Source: Paraburkholderia sp.
GTDB taxonomy: Bacteria; Pseudomonadota; Gammaproteobacteria; Burkholderiales; Burkholderiaceae
DNA length: 64,000 nucleotides
Reading direction: 5' to 3'
NCBI RefSeq assembly: GCF_024281035.1
Contig: NZ_JAMXLH010000032.1
Coordinates: 30,764 to 94,763 of the forward strand
Position numbers and translations under genes: made by a program. Numbering within the stretch: the stretch's first letter is position 1; every line of letters starts with the position of its first letter. The notes below the pieces were generated by a model that was not told where the DNA came from, ran no database searches, and worked only from the letters and a program-made list of their open reading frames with translations. This document shows positions 29,883-39,527 of the stretch, piece after piece.

Positions 29883-30977
29883 TTAGAACGAGTGACGGAT
29901 ACCGGCAGAGGCAGCGACAGTGGTGCCACTCACGCCGACCAGATTGCCGTTTTCCATCGTGGGGCCGATATGTTCATCGCCATGGTTGCTAACCACAGCA
30001 ACTTCGCCATAAACGGAAGTCCGTTTCGAGAGGTCGTAGCTCACGCTGCCCGACGCTTGAAACGTATGACTATTCGAATGATCGGGATCCAGAATCCAGG
30101 AGATCGTTCCATTCGTGGTGACGAAAGGTGTTATCTCCCACGCCGCACCCACGTTGTAGACGTCGTTCTTGCCACTCGCATTTGCCAGCAGGTCACCACG
30201 GAATGTCGTGTAGTTGGCATACACGCGCACCTTGTCGAAACCGTACGACGCGCCGATGGTTTTCGCGATGACAGGTTGAGTAAAGATGAAATTGGGATTG
30301 CTTTCCTCCGTACCGCTCGCCTCAACCTGATCGAGCGCACCGGCCACGATCTTCAGGCCGCCGATTTCATACGTGAGCATCCCGGAATAGCAGAAACCTT
30401 GCCGGAAATCGCCTGCGTGTCCGCCGAGACAGGTCATGACAACGCCCTTCAGTCCATGGATTTCAGGGCTGCGGTATTCGAAGGCGTTCGGTGAGAACGT
30501 ACCCGAGATGTTGTTCGCGCTGTACAGCGTAACCAGCGTGCCAATCTGTTGAAACCCACGCGGATCCAGTTCGAACATTGCTTCTTCGAAGGGCGAGAAC
30601 TGCACACCTGCCCGTACTTCACCGAGGGGGCCGCTGACGCCGACCCAGGATTGGCGACCGAAGAAGCTACCAGCCAGATTGTTGTCGAAGCCACCGTTTG
30701 CGAGGCTGATGCCGCTTTCGAGCTTGAAGTTGGCTTTGTAGCCGCCACCCAGATCCTCGTGACCCTCGATGCCCCATTTGGATGGCAGGTAGCTACTGTT
30801 CACGAACGATACCGTGGCACCCGCATTCCGACCATTTGCGCCCGGGGTTTTGCTCGTGTACATAATGCCCGCATCCAGCATCCCATACAGCGTGACACTG
30901 CCTTGTGCATGCGCTGAAGCAACCAGACCAATACCACTTGCGAGAAGCGCAAAACCGTTTTTCGCGGCTTTATTCAT
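29883..30977 (-). CDS. Gram-negative trimeric porin (Burkholderia OmpC-like)
   Basis: Signal peptide (ASAHA), SVTLYGMLDAGI, S.WG..G.EDLGGG.KA.FKLESG, and a C-terminal YDLSKRT...GIRHSF. Confidence 0.93.
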   Translation of the reverse strand: MNKAAKNGFALLASGIGLVASAHAQGSVTLYGMLDAGIMYTSKTPGANGRNAGATVSFVNSSYLPSKWGIEGHEDLGGGYKANFKLESGISLANGGFDNNLAGSFFGRQSWVGVSGPLGEVRAGVQFSPFEEAMFELDPRGFQQIGTLVTLYSANNISGTFSPNAFEYRSPEIHGLKGVVMTCLGGHAGDFRQGFCYSGMLTYEIGGLKIVAGALDQVEASGTEESNPNFIFTQPVIAKTIGASYGFDKVRVYANYTTFRGDLLANASGKNDVYNVGAAWEITPFVTTNGTISWILDPDHSNSHTFQASGSVSYDLSKRTSVYGEVAVVSNHGDEHIGPTMENGNLVGVSGTTVAASAGIRHSF

Positions 30978-31134
30978 GACGTCTCCATTTATTGTGTACT
31001 GCTTATTTTGAAATTCTATATTGAATCTTTACCGCGACAGCATTGGATCGGAACAGATTTGATTACGGAATCAATCCTGATGTGCTAACTCAATCAAACT
31101 GCCGACTGCTCGAGCAGCGGCTTACCGTACTTCA

Positions 31135-32436
31135 TTAGTCAGTGAGAGAACAGCCGTTCGTTTCCTTCATGCGCCAAACCGTGACCAACGTAATGAACGA
31201 ACCAGCCGACACATAGATCAGGAAATAGTTGTCGAGGTGCATCGATTGCAGCCACGTCATCAGGAACGGTGTCGTGCCACCGAGAACGGCAATAACGATA
31301 TTGATCGGAAGACCAATGCCGACCGTGCGAATTTCCGTTTTGAACATTTCCGACAACGTTGCGGGAACGATAGACGAGAAAAGTGCATACAATACGAGGC
31401 CGAAGAGCTCAATACCGGCAATCGACCAGAACGTGGGTTGGACCGAGAGCACGACTGGGTACAGGAATACCGTATAGCAGGCTGCGCAGAAAAGCATCTG
31501 GGGACGGCGGCCAATCCTGTCCGAGAGCATGCCGAAAAACGGATGCACCGCCGTGTAGATCAGGAGCGAAAACGAACTCGCGGCATACGCAATGGAAGGC
31601 GTGGCACCTGCACGTTGAATTGCATAGACGGGAACATAGACCGCGAACAGATAAAACGCAAACGTTCCACAAATGCAGATACCGATAAGCGTAAGTACCT
31701 GTTTCCGGTGATTCGTGAACAGTTCACGAAGAGAACCCATTTTTCGTTTGCCCGCAGCCCGCGCTTCTTCGAAGATCCGGGTTTCGGCCACATTGCGACG
31801 CAACCACCAGGCGTAGATGCCGCTGATTGCCGCGATAACAAACGGAATACGCCATCCGAAGGCCATCATTTGATCGTGGGTCAATACTCCATTAAGCAGC
31901 CACACGATACCGGACGCGCACATGAGACCAATACCTGTCCCGAAGAACAGGAAGCTGCCGTGGAGCCCTCGTTTATTCGAGGGTGCTGTTTCACCCAGGA
32001 AGGTAATGGCGGCTGCGAATTCGCCCCCAGTGGAAAGCCCCTGGAGAAGACGTGCAATCGTTGCGACAATCGGGGCGGCAAACCCGATTTGATTGTAAGT
32101 CGGCACGACCGCGAGCAGCAGCGAACCGAAGGCCATCAGTTGCACGGAAAGGGAAAGGGCAGAGCGTCGCCCGCGACGGTCCGCCAGTACACCGAGCAAC
32201 CAGCCGCCCAGAGGACGCATCACGAAACCGAGCGCGTAAACGCCAAAGGCGGCGAGTAGCTTTGCGCCTTTGCTGTCGCCCGGAAAGAGTTGACCACTGA
32301 AGAAGATTGCGAGATTCGCGTATATCGAGAAGTCAAACCACTCGATACCGTGTCCGATGCAACCTGCGATTCGACTGCGTAACACACCGGCCAGGTTTTT
32401 TTCATCCCTTTCGATGTGCGAAAAAGACTGTTCCAT
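31135..32436 (-). CDS. MFS metabolite:H+ symporter (MHS family)
   Basis: Contains IEWFDFSIY, FVMRPLGG, DRRGRR, QGLSTGGE, WRIPF and DRIGRR. The ATG at 32436 has a GGAGA RBS. Confidence 0.93.
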   Translation of the reverse strand: MEQSFSHIERDEKNLAGVLRSRIAGCIGHGIEWFDFSIYANLAIFFSGQLFPGDSKGAKLLAAFGVYALGFVMRPLGGWLLGVLADRRGRRSALSLSVQLMAFGSLLLAVVPTYNQIGFAAPIVATIARLLQGLSTGGEFAAAITFLGETAPSNKRGLHGSFLFFGTGIGLMCASGIVWLLNGVLTHDQMMAFGWRIPFVIAAISGIYAWWLRRNVAETRIFEEARAAGKRKMGSLRELFTNHRKQVLTLIGICICGTFAFYLFAVYVPVYAIQRAGATPSIAYAASSFSLLIYTAVHPFFGMLSDRIGRRPQMLFCAACYTVFLYPVVLSVQPTFWSIAGIELFGLVLYALFSSIVPATLSEMFKTEIRTVGIGLPINIVIAVLGGTTPFLMTWLQSMHLDNYFLIYVSAGSFITLVTVWRMKETNGCSLTD

Positions 32437-32560
32437 ATTGTCTCCACCATCTTGTTTCTGATGCGTTAAATAATATGTTTCCAGGTGCTCCGGGCGACAA
32501 AAAGGGCAATGCAAACTGCGGGCGGAAAGCAAAGGTCTTTGCTTTCCGCCGGTAATGAAA

Positions 32561-33472
32561 TTACATACCGATCAAATCGGCACGCTCTACCAGATTGCGC
32601 ACAATACGAACAGACGCAATATCGATCATCTTGCCTTCGTATTGCACAGCGCCGAGACCCTGTGCCAGTGCCTCGTCGTAGGCCTTGATCATGTCCCGGG
32701 CACGATCGACATCTTCCTGCAGCGGTGAAAACACTTCTTGCGCGAGCGAAACCTGCGCCGGATGGATCGCCCATTTGCCGACCATGCCCAGCGTCATCGC
32801 ACGACGTGCTTCCTCGCGATAGCGGTCCGGATTCTTGAAGTCCGCGTACGGGCCATCCACCGCATCGATCTTGTTCGAACGGGCAGCGATGGTCAGACGA
32901 TGGCGCTGGTAGTGCCAGATGTCGCCCGGATAGCCACCGTCGCCGCCGATGTCGCGCATCGACACGCCCTGGCTTGCCGAATAGTCGCCCATGCCGAAGA
33001 TCAGGCATTCGAGGCGCGGAGTCGAAGCCGCAATCGCTTCAACGTTCTGCATGGCCTCGACTTCTTCGATCAGCACGTCAATGCCGATACGCTTCTTGAG
33101 CCCGAGTTTCTTTTCCATCATGGTCAGCAGCTTGTCCACGAACTGGACATCCGAGGCAGACATCGCCTTGGGCAGCATGATCATGTCGAGGTTTTCACGT
33201 GCACCCTCGACCACTTCGATGATGTCCTCGTATGCGTATTCCGTGGTCAGATCGTTCACACGGACACAGCGGACCGTGCGACCCCAGTCGAGCGTATTGA
33301 GCGCGGTCACGATCTTTTGACGAGCGGGGCGCTTTTCCGAGGGAGCGACCGCATCCTCCAGATCGAGGAAGACATAATCGACGCTCATGGCCGAAGCTTT
33401 GGCCATCATCTTTTCGCTCGAACCCGGGACCGACAGCTGGCACCGGCGCAGGCGCCTGATCTTTTCCGACAT
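32561..33472 (-). CDS. CitE/HpcH-family CoA-ester lyase, Mcl1-like (malyl-CoA/beta-methylmalyl-CoA lyase type)
   Basis: RRCQLSVPGS...DLEDAVAP...LDWG...VRVN...IMLPK; FGMGDYSASQG; DGPYADF...LGMVGKWAIHP.QV.LA.EVF.P. Confidence 0.85.
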   Translation of the reverse strand: MSEKIRRLRRCQLSVPGSSEKMMAKASAMSVDYVFLDLEDAVAPSEKRPARQKIVTALNTLDWGRTVRCVRVNDLTTEYAYEDIIEVVEGARENLDMIMLPKAMSASDVQFVDKLLTMMEKKLGLKKRIGIDVLIEEVEAMQNVEAIAASTPRLECLIFGMGDYSASQGVSMRDIGGDGGYPGDIWHYQRHRLTIAARSNKIDAVDGPYADFKNPDRYREEARRAMTLGMVGKWAIHPAQVSLAQEVFSPLQEDVDRARDMIKAYDEALAQGLGAVQYEGKMIDIASVRIVRNLVERADLIGM

Positions 33473-33490
33473 AACTATCTCCTTAGACTT

Positions 33491-34738
33491 TTAACGCTGC
33501 TCCACTACATTGTTTTTACGCAACTCTGCAATCTCCGATTCGTGCAATCCCAAATCGCGTAACACGCGTTCCGTATGTTCACCGACCAACGGTGCACGTT
33601 TCCGGATGCCGCCCGGTGTATCGCTCATATGGACAGGCGTACCCGCGATCACGAGCTTTTCATTCGCGCCCGGTTGTTCCGTCTCAACCAGCATATTTCG
33701 GATCTGGAAGTGCTCATCCTCGAAAATGTCTTTGGCTTCGAATACGGGACCAAATGGAATGTGCCCGCCGAAGATTTCAGACAATTGACGCTTGGTCCGT
33801 ACCAGAGTCCACGCATTCAACAACTCTTCGAGTTCGCCGCTATTGGCGACCCGTAAATCATTAGTTGAAAACTTGTCCTGCATGATCCATTCAGGACGAC
33901 CCATGCACTCGACCATCTTTGCCCAGAAATTGTCATTCGGCACGCCGAGGCTGATATAACCATCAAGCGCCTGGAATAAACCGAACGGACAGAGCAGGGG
34001 ATGACCATTGCCTTCACGGCCGGGCGATTTTTTGCCCACGCCGTACTGGAACACGATACGTTCGCAGATAGCCAAAATGGAGTCGGTCATGCCGACATCG
34101 ACAAATTGCCCCTTGCCGGTCCGTTGTACGGACCAGCAGGCAGCAGTAATGCCGAATGCGAGAAACATTGCGGGGCCGATGTCACCAATGCCGGGACCAA
34201 TCTTGGTCGGCGGTCCATGACGCACATGGCCCGTAATGCCCATGATGCCGCCCATCGCTTGCGAAACAGGATCATAGGCGGGCCAATCGAGATACTGACT
34301 GGCGCCGGAACGTCGGTCACCAAAACCTCTGAGTGCGCCATAGACCAGACGTGGATTGATTTCACTCAGACGCTCGTAACTCAGACCCAGACGTTCCATC
34401 ACGCCTGAGCGGTAATTTTCGATTACCACGTCCGCGCGTTGGACCAGACGCAAGAAGAGGGCACGTCCTTTATCGCTTTTCAGGTCAATGACCAGCGATT
34501 CCTTATTCCGGTTCGTAGAACCGAAATATCCGCCGAAACCACCTTGTTCGAGCTTTAGAGCCCCCTCCAGATGGGGGCCATTGCGACGTGTTTTGTCGCC
34601 ACCCGGCGGTTCGATCTTGATAACGCGTGCACCCTGGTCTGCCAGCATCATTGTGCAGTAGGGTCCAGCAAGCATAGCCGTCAGGTCCAGTACGATCAGA
34701 CCATCAAGCGCGCCACGCCCTGCGGACCCCGTACTCAT
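33491..34738 (-). CDS. CaiB/BaiF family III CoA-transferase
   Basis: LDLTAMLAGPYCTMMLADQGARVIKIEPP.GD, NRNKES, ENYRSG and YDPVSQAMGG (catalytic Asp). Confidence 0.93.
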   Translation of the reverse strand: MSTGSAGRGALDGLIVLDLTAMLAGPYCTMMLADQGARVIKIEPPGGDKTRRNGPHLEGALKLEQGGFGGYFGSTNRNKESLVIDLKSDKGRALFLRLVQRADVVIENYRSGVMERLGLSYERLSEINPRLVYGALRGFGDRRSGASQYLDWPAYDPVSQAMGGIMGITGHVRHGPPTKIGPGIGDIGPAMFLAFGITAACWSVQRTGKGQFVDVGMTDSILAICERIVFQYGVGKKSPGREGNGHPLLCPFGLFQALDGYISLGVPNDNFWAKMVECMGRPEWIMQDKFSTNDLRVANSGELEELLNAWTLVRTKRQLSEIFGGHIPFGPVFEAKDIFEDEHFQIRNMLVETEQPGANEKLVIAGTPVHMSDTPGGIRKRAPLVGEHTERVLRDLGLHESEIAELRKNNVVEQR

Positions 34739-35232
34739 TGCTTCACCCAGTGGGACTTGCGTTTGATCAGGGCCGTGCGCTCAGCCTGAACGCATAGCTT
34801 GTCGTGCTGGTTGATGCCATAGTGCTTGAAGCGGACGATACCTGCGTCTTCGCGGTCCGAATCTTCCTTGCCCAGCACTTCGGTGAACGCATACAGCGTG
34901 TCGCCATGCAGCACAGGCGTGGTCAGGCGGATCTTGTCGAGCGCGATTTCCCCGATGCACTGCTCTGCCGTGTCTTGAGCAGCGAGACCCAGGACCATCG
35001 ACAGATTGATGCCCCCGAATACCACGCGCTGGTTGACGAATGCGCCCGGATTCCTGTTCATCACGTCTTCGTTGAAATGGCCTTCCGCCGTATTCATCAC
35101 CATATTGGTGATCAGTACGTTGTCCATTTCGGTAACGGTTTTGCCCCGGGCATGACGGATCAGCATTCCGGGCTCGAAGTCCTCGAAATAACCGTCTTCG
35201 CTCGTGATAGGCGTATTGGCATTCGCGCTCAT
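34735..35232 (-). CDS. MaoC-family (R)-specific hydratase subunit
   Basis: YFEDFEPG...HARGKTVTE.DN...NTAEGHFN...RVVFGG...PVLHGDTL, a hot-dog fold pattern. Confidence 0.88.
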   Translation of the reverse strand: MSANANTPITSEDGYFEDFEPGMLIRHARGKTVTEMDNVLITNMVMNTAEGHFNEDVMNRNPGAFVNQRVVFGGINLSMVLGLAAQDTAEQCIGEIALDKIRLTTPVLHGDTLYAFTEVLGKEDSDREDAGIVRFKHYGINQHDKLCVQAERTALIKRKSHWVKQ

Positions 35233-36476
35233 GCATGTTCTCCCTTGAGGCCCTTTGCTTCCTGGTACTTCTGGAATGCGCGTTCAGCGATCATGCCCTC
35301 GACTTCCGACTTGCCGAGCAGGTTGGTCGCGATGATGCGCTGCTGGATTTCCGACGTGCCTTCGAAAATCTTGGTCAGGCGAGCATCGCGCCAGTAGCGT
35401 TCAATCGGGAACAGCTTCGTATAGCCGGCGCCGCCAAAAATCTGCAATGCTTCGGAGGTCACGCGTTCAGCCATTTCCGTGGCGAAGTACTTCACCATCG
35501 AGGCTTCCTTGTCGCAACGCCGGCCACTGTCGATTTCGTTGCACACGTAGTAGAGCAGCTGGCGCGCGGCCTCGATCTCGGTGGCCATCGTCGCGATCTT
35601 GAAACGGAGTGACTGATATTCGGCGATGGGCAAACCGAATTGCTTGCGCTGGGTAGCGTATTCGATGGAATCTTCGAGTGCGCCTTGCGCGAGCCCGATG
35701 CCGCGAGCAGCCGTATGCGCACGTGCGACTTCCAGACCCTTTGCCATGACGAGGAACGCCTTGCCGGGCTCACCGAGCAGGTTTTCCTTCGGCACACGCA
35801 CGCCGTCGAGCGCGAGTTCGAATGTGTTCCAGCCGAAGTAGCCGATCTTGGGAATCTTGTTGCCGGTCATGCCCTTCGGGAAAGAACCGCGCTCTTTCTC
35901 GATCATGAAGCACGAAATGCCTTCCCAGCGCTTGCTCGCCGACGAAGGATGGCCGGTCCGCGCGAACACAGCCAGGTAGTCGGCGCCGTCTGCAAACGTG
36001 CACCAGTACTTGTTGCCGGTCAGCACCCATTCGTCGCCTTCCAGCACCGCACGGCACGAAATCGACGCCAGATCCGAGCCCGTATCCGGTTCCGACAAGG
36101 CGCTTGCATTCAGGAATTCACCGGCAACGACACGCGGCATGTATTGCTTGAGCCGTGCTTCGTCCATCGTCTTCATGAGCCAGCCGCCTTGTGCGCGAGC
36201 CAGGATCGAAGCCACGGACATCCAGCCACGGGCCAACTGTTCCGCGACCAGACAGTATTCGAATGCGCCCATGCCGAGACCGCCATATTCTTCGGGCAAC
36301 ATGATGCCGAAATAGCCCATTTCAGCCATCTTCCGGCGCAGTTCCATCGGGATTTCACCATCCGGGCCATCGAGCTTGTTGGCCACGGGCAGCACTTCTT
36401 TCATGGTGAATGCACGCGCAGCATCGCGAATCATGATGCGCTCTTCGGTCATGTAACCTTTGCCGTCATTCGACAT
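35229..36476 (-). CDS. Acyl-CoA dehydrogenase
   Basis: Contains ALSEPDTGSD, GNKYWCT, KQFG.PI..YQ, ALQIFGGAGY and RDARLTKIFEGTSEIQ. Confidence 0.95.
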   Translation of the reverse strand: MSNDGKGYMTEERIMIRDAARAFTMKEVLPVANKLDGPDGEIPMELRRKMAEMGYFGIMLPEEYGGLGMGAFEYCLVAEQLARGWMSVASILARAQGGWLMKTMDEARLKQYMPRVVAGEFLNASALSEPDTGSDLASISCRAVLEGDEWVLTGNKYWCTFADGADYLAVFARTGHPSSASKRWEGISCFMIEKERGSFPKGMTGNKIPKIGYFGWNTFELALDGVRVPKENLLGEPGKAFLVMAKGLEVARAHTAARGIGLAQGALEDSIEYATQRKQFGLPIAEYQSLRFKIATMATEIEAARQLLYYVCNEIDSGRRCDKEASMVKYFATEMAERVTSEALQIFGGAGYTKLFPIERYWRDARLTKIFEGTSEIQQRIIATNLLGKSEVEGMIAERAFQKYQEAKGLKGEHA

Positions 36477-36478
36477 AT

Positions 36479-36979
36479 TTAGCCTCGCGTGCGAACCAGA
36501 TTGGAACGTTTGAACTCGATAACAAGTTCGCCGTCTTGATTGAAACCCTTCGTGTGCCAGGTGGTGATGCCAAATCCCGGCTTGTTGCTGGGCAGGCGCT
36601 TATCCACGACAGCTGACTCGGAATACAGCGTGTCACCCGGATAAACCGGCTTCAGATATTTCAGTTCATCCACGCCCAGGAACGGGCCGCCACCTTCCGA
36701 CAGGTCCTCCACGGACAGGCCGAATACCGTGTTGAACACGAGTAGCGGGTTGACAGGAATACCCGGATAGCCGTTGGCTTTCGCGGCTTGCACGTTGGTG
36801 TATTGCGGGTTGTAATGCATCGTCAGGATCGAAAACAGCGTATTGTCAGATTCGCTGACCGTGCGCCCCCAGTGGTGTTTGAATTCACGGCCGGGCTCAA
36901 AATCTTCATAGCGATTGCCGCGACTGCGCAATACGGCATTCGCCTTCAGATGGGCAACCACCGATTCATTAGTTGTCAT
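36479..36979 (-). CDS. MaoC-family hydratase subunit
   Basis: GNRYEDFEPG..F.HHWGRTVSE.DN..F...T.H.NP...PVYPGDTLY. Confidence 0.88.
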   Translation of the reverse strand: MTTNESVVAHLKANAVLRSRGNRYEDFEPGREFKHHWGRTVSESDNTLFSILTMHYNPQYTNVQAAKANGYPGIPVNPLLVFNTVFGLSVEDLSEGGGPFLGVDELKYLKPVYPGDTLYSESAVVDKRLPSNKPGFGITTWHTKGFNQDGELVIEFKRSNLVRTRG

Positions 36980-38337
36980 CGAATAGCCTCAAATAAAGGG
37001 TCTACGGTAGAAAGCTGGTCCATGGTTTCCAGTACGGCGATCAGGCGTCCAAACCTAAGTGCGCCGATGTGCGGGACGACTAGTGCCTGTGCCTTGGTAA
37101 CGAGCAGATTCCACTGCTTCGTAAGGTCGGTGGCCGGGATGCCGACGTTCGCCTCTTCACGAATCGTGCGGCCATCGACGGTTCGAATTTCGACAAGGGC
37201 ACCGTTGCGGCCTGCTTCAGGCGAGGTAATCAAAGTGACTTTGCGACGTGCGGCTACATAGCGCGGATTGCGCGCCGTTTCGTCCGTAAACAGTTGCAGC
37301 GACGCAGTAGGCTGACCGTCGAGTGCCATTGCCACGAGCTGCTGGATCGCGAACTTGACTTCGAGGCCGGTATTCGGTTCTGCGATGTCGCAGACGCCAC
37401 GTTGTGCGCCACCGACAGTGATCGTCATCGACTCCAGCGAAGCGAGGCCGATCTCATGTTTCCGACGTGCCTGATTCACCGCCTCGATGGCGGAATGCGT
37501 CAGGTAGCAAGCGGCGTGGAACTTGAACAGGGTGCGTTCGATGCCCGTCGCGGCGCTTGCTTCGAACGTGGCGGGGAAGACCGGGGTCTCCCCGGTCTGT
37601 GTCGGGCCGAAGCCTTGCGCGCACTCGATGGCGTTCGGGTTGGCAGTAAAGCCCTTCGATGCAAGGCGTGCCGCCATCACACCATTCATCGCTGCTTTGC
37701 CCGCGTGCAGCGGCTTAGCCATCGTGCCGAACATGCTCTTGAGGCCTGCGGCCTGTGTTGAGGCCAGACCCAGGGCAATGGCTGTCTGATCTGCATCGAG
37801 GCCCATCAACGAAGCCGCCGCCGCTGCAGCGCCCAGCGTGCCAGTCGTGCCCGTGGGGTGCAGGCCCAGACGGTACTGGCTATCGCCCACGACTTGACCG
37901 ATGCGGCCTTCGACTTCGTGGCCGACGATGATCGCTTTCAGGAGTGCTTTGCCGCTCGACTTTTGTGCCTGGGCAACCGCGAGCGCAGCAGGTGCAACAG
38001 GAACGGTAGGATGGCCGTGCATCTGCGAGTTCACATCATCGAAGTCGAGTGCGTGGCCTGCTGCACCATTAATCAGTGCGGCGCTCAGGACGCTCGTCTG
38101 AAGGGGGCTAACCAGAAGTGAGCAGGAACTCTCCAGAGTCGCGCCATACTCGCCAGTGAGGATTTTCACCAGCGGTTCCTCAGATGCGGCGACAGTGACT
38201 GCCACCCAGTCGAGCAGGGCATGCCGCGCCCATGCAAAGGCATTTTCGCCAGGCATCGATTCGTTGACGCTGCTAATCCAGGTCGCGATGGCACGCGTAT
38301 ACCCGAAGGGCCGACCGTCTTTTGGGCCTTGTTCCAT
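36976..38337 (-). CDS. MmgE/PrpD-family protein
   Basis: AALINGAAGHALDFDD...GHP, GLHPTGT, K.LHAG.AA..G..AA.LA..GF and KFHAAC..TH. The ATG at 38337 has a GAAGGAG RBS. Confidence 0.92.
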   Translation of the reverse strand: MEQGPKDGRPFGYTRAIATWISSVNESMPGENAFAWARHALLDWVAVTVAASEEPLVKILTGEYGATLESSCSLLVSPLQTSVLSAALINGAAGHALDFDDVNSQMHGHPTVPVAPAALAVAQAQKSSGKALLKAIIVGHEVEGRIGQVVGDSQYRLGLHPTGTTGTLGAAAAAASLMGLDADQTAIALGLASTQAAGLKSMFGTMAKPLHAGKAAMNGVMAARLASKGFTANPNAIECAQGFGPTQTGETPVFPATFEASAATGIERTLFKFHAACYLTHSAIEAVNQARRKHEIGLASLESMTITVGGAQRGVCDIAEPNTGLEVKFAIQQLVAMALDGQPTASLQLFTDETARNPRYVAARRKVTLITSPEAGRNGALVEIRTVDGRTIREEANVGIPATDLTKQWNLLVTKAQALVVPHIGALRFGRLIAVLETMDQLSTVDPLFEAIR

Positions 38338-38380
38338 GTCTCCTTCCTTTTCATGTGGTGCAGCAGTTGTTGTGACGAGT

Positions 38381-38456
38381 ATCAAATGCCGATTTGATCG
38401 CCTGTATCACATACGTGATAAGTGCACGGGCGTGCAAAACTAATCACATATGTGAT
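38381..38456. promoter_or_regulatory. Cluster of palindromic operators in the divergent promoter region
   Basis: ATCAAAT-GCCG-ATTTGAT (38381-98), TATCAC-ATAC-GTGATA (38405-20), TGCAC-GGGC-GTGCA (38423-36) and ATCACATATGTGAT (38443-56). Confidence 0.7.
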
Positions 38457-38522
38457 GGTCGGAGCGCTTGTCGTGGCTGAAACTGTTCCCGGCCCCCTCT
38501 TTTCAACTACATCACGACGATC

Positions 38523-39413
38523 ATGGAAAATTGCCTGCCCCGCCGTTCGGTGCTTTATGTTCCCGGTGTTAATACCCGAGCCATTGAAAAGGCGCGTGCA
38601 ATTGCATGCGATGTAATCATTTTCGACTGGGAGGATGCGGTTGCACCTTCCATGAAGAGTGCTGCCCGGAAAACTGTTGCCGACGCCTTTGGCACCGGCA
38701 CTTTTCTGGCCCGGGAAAAAATCATCCGTATCAATAGTCTGGGTACGCGTGAGTTTGAGGCGGACTTGCAAGCCGCTGTCGCCTGTGGGCCTGATGCGAT
38801 TTTGCTGCCCAAGGTCAACAGTGCGCACGATATTCAGCGCTACGCATACGCCAGGCGTCAGTTGAAGAGAGAGGACAATACGGCGCTCTGGATCATGGTT
38901 GAAACGGCTGCCGCTATTTCGAATTTAAATTCGATTATTGAGGTGGCGCCCGGGGCGGGTATCAAGCTCGGTTGTCTGGTGCTGGGAACGAATGACCTGG
39001 CGAAGGAAACGGGCGTCTCTACGGCCAACGGTCGCCAATACTTCATTCCGTGGCTCATGTCGATTGTTCTCACCGCCAGGATGAATAACGTCACGGTAGT
39101 GGACGGCGTATGGAATGACTTCCGTAATACGGAGGGATTCGATACCGAAGCACGCCAGTCCCTGGAAATGGGTTTCGATGGTAAGACGCTGATCCATCCG
39201 TTGCAGGTTGCTCCAGCTAATGCAGTGTTCACGCCCAGCGACGAAGCTGTTGCTGATGCAAAGAAAATCATCGCCGCATTTGACCGTCCGGAGTATGCGA
39301 CGGCGGGCGTCATCGATCTTGACGGTCGCATGGTCGAGCGCCTGCACCTCGAACAGGCGCAGCGTCTGATTGCCCGGATGGAAGCGATCACGACCCAGCC
39401 CCAGACTGCATGA
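38523..39413 (+). CDS. Second CitE/HpcH-family enzyme, Mcl2-like ((3S)-malyl-CoA thioesterase type)
   Basis: RRSVLYVPG.N.RAIEKA..IACD.IIFDWEDAVAP, IRIN, LLPKV, LGTNDL, DGVWNDF and GFDGKTLIHP.Q. Confidence 0.82.
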   Translation: MENCLPRRSVLYVPGVNTRAIEKARAIACDVIIFDWEDAVAPSMKSAARKTVADAFGTGTFLAREKIIRINSLGTREFEADLQAAVACGPDAILLPKVNSAHDIQRYAYARRQLKREDNTALWIMVETAAAISNLNSIIEVAPGAGIKLGCLVLGTNDLAKETGVSTANGRQYFIPWLMSIVLTARMNNVTVVDGVWNDFRNTEGFDTEARQSLEMGFDGKTLIHPLQVAPANAVFTPSDEAVADAKKIIAAFDRPEYATAGVIDLDGRMVERLHLEQAQRLIARMEAITTQPQTA

Positions 39414-39527
39414 GGCTGGCAGGTTAGTGCGGCAGGGCGTGTCTCAGGGCACACCCTTTCTCGATTTCTACCGCTGATTCCCCCAATAGATGGGGCGCGA
39501 AATCCAGGCTATCCTGGAGGGAAGCCT

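Noticed and set aside
38381-38398. FNR box
   Set aside because: The half-sites are in the reverse order (ATCAA...TTGAT) with the wrong spacing. Kept only as a generic palindrome.
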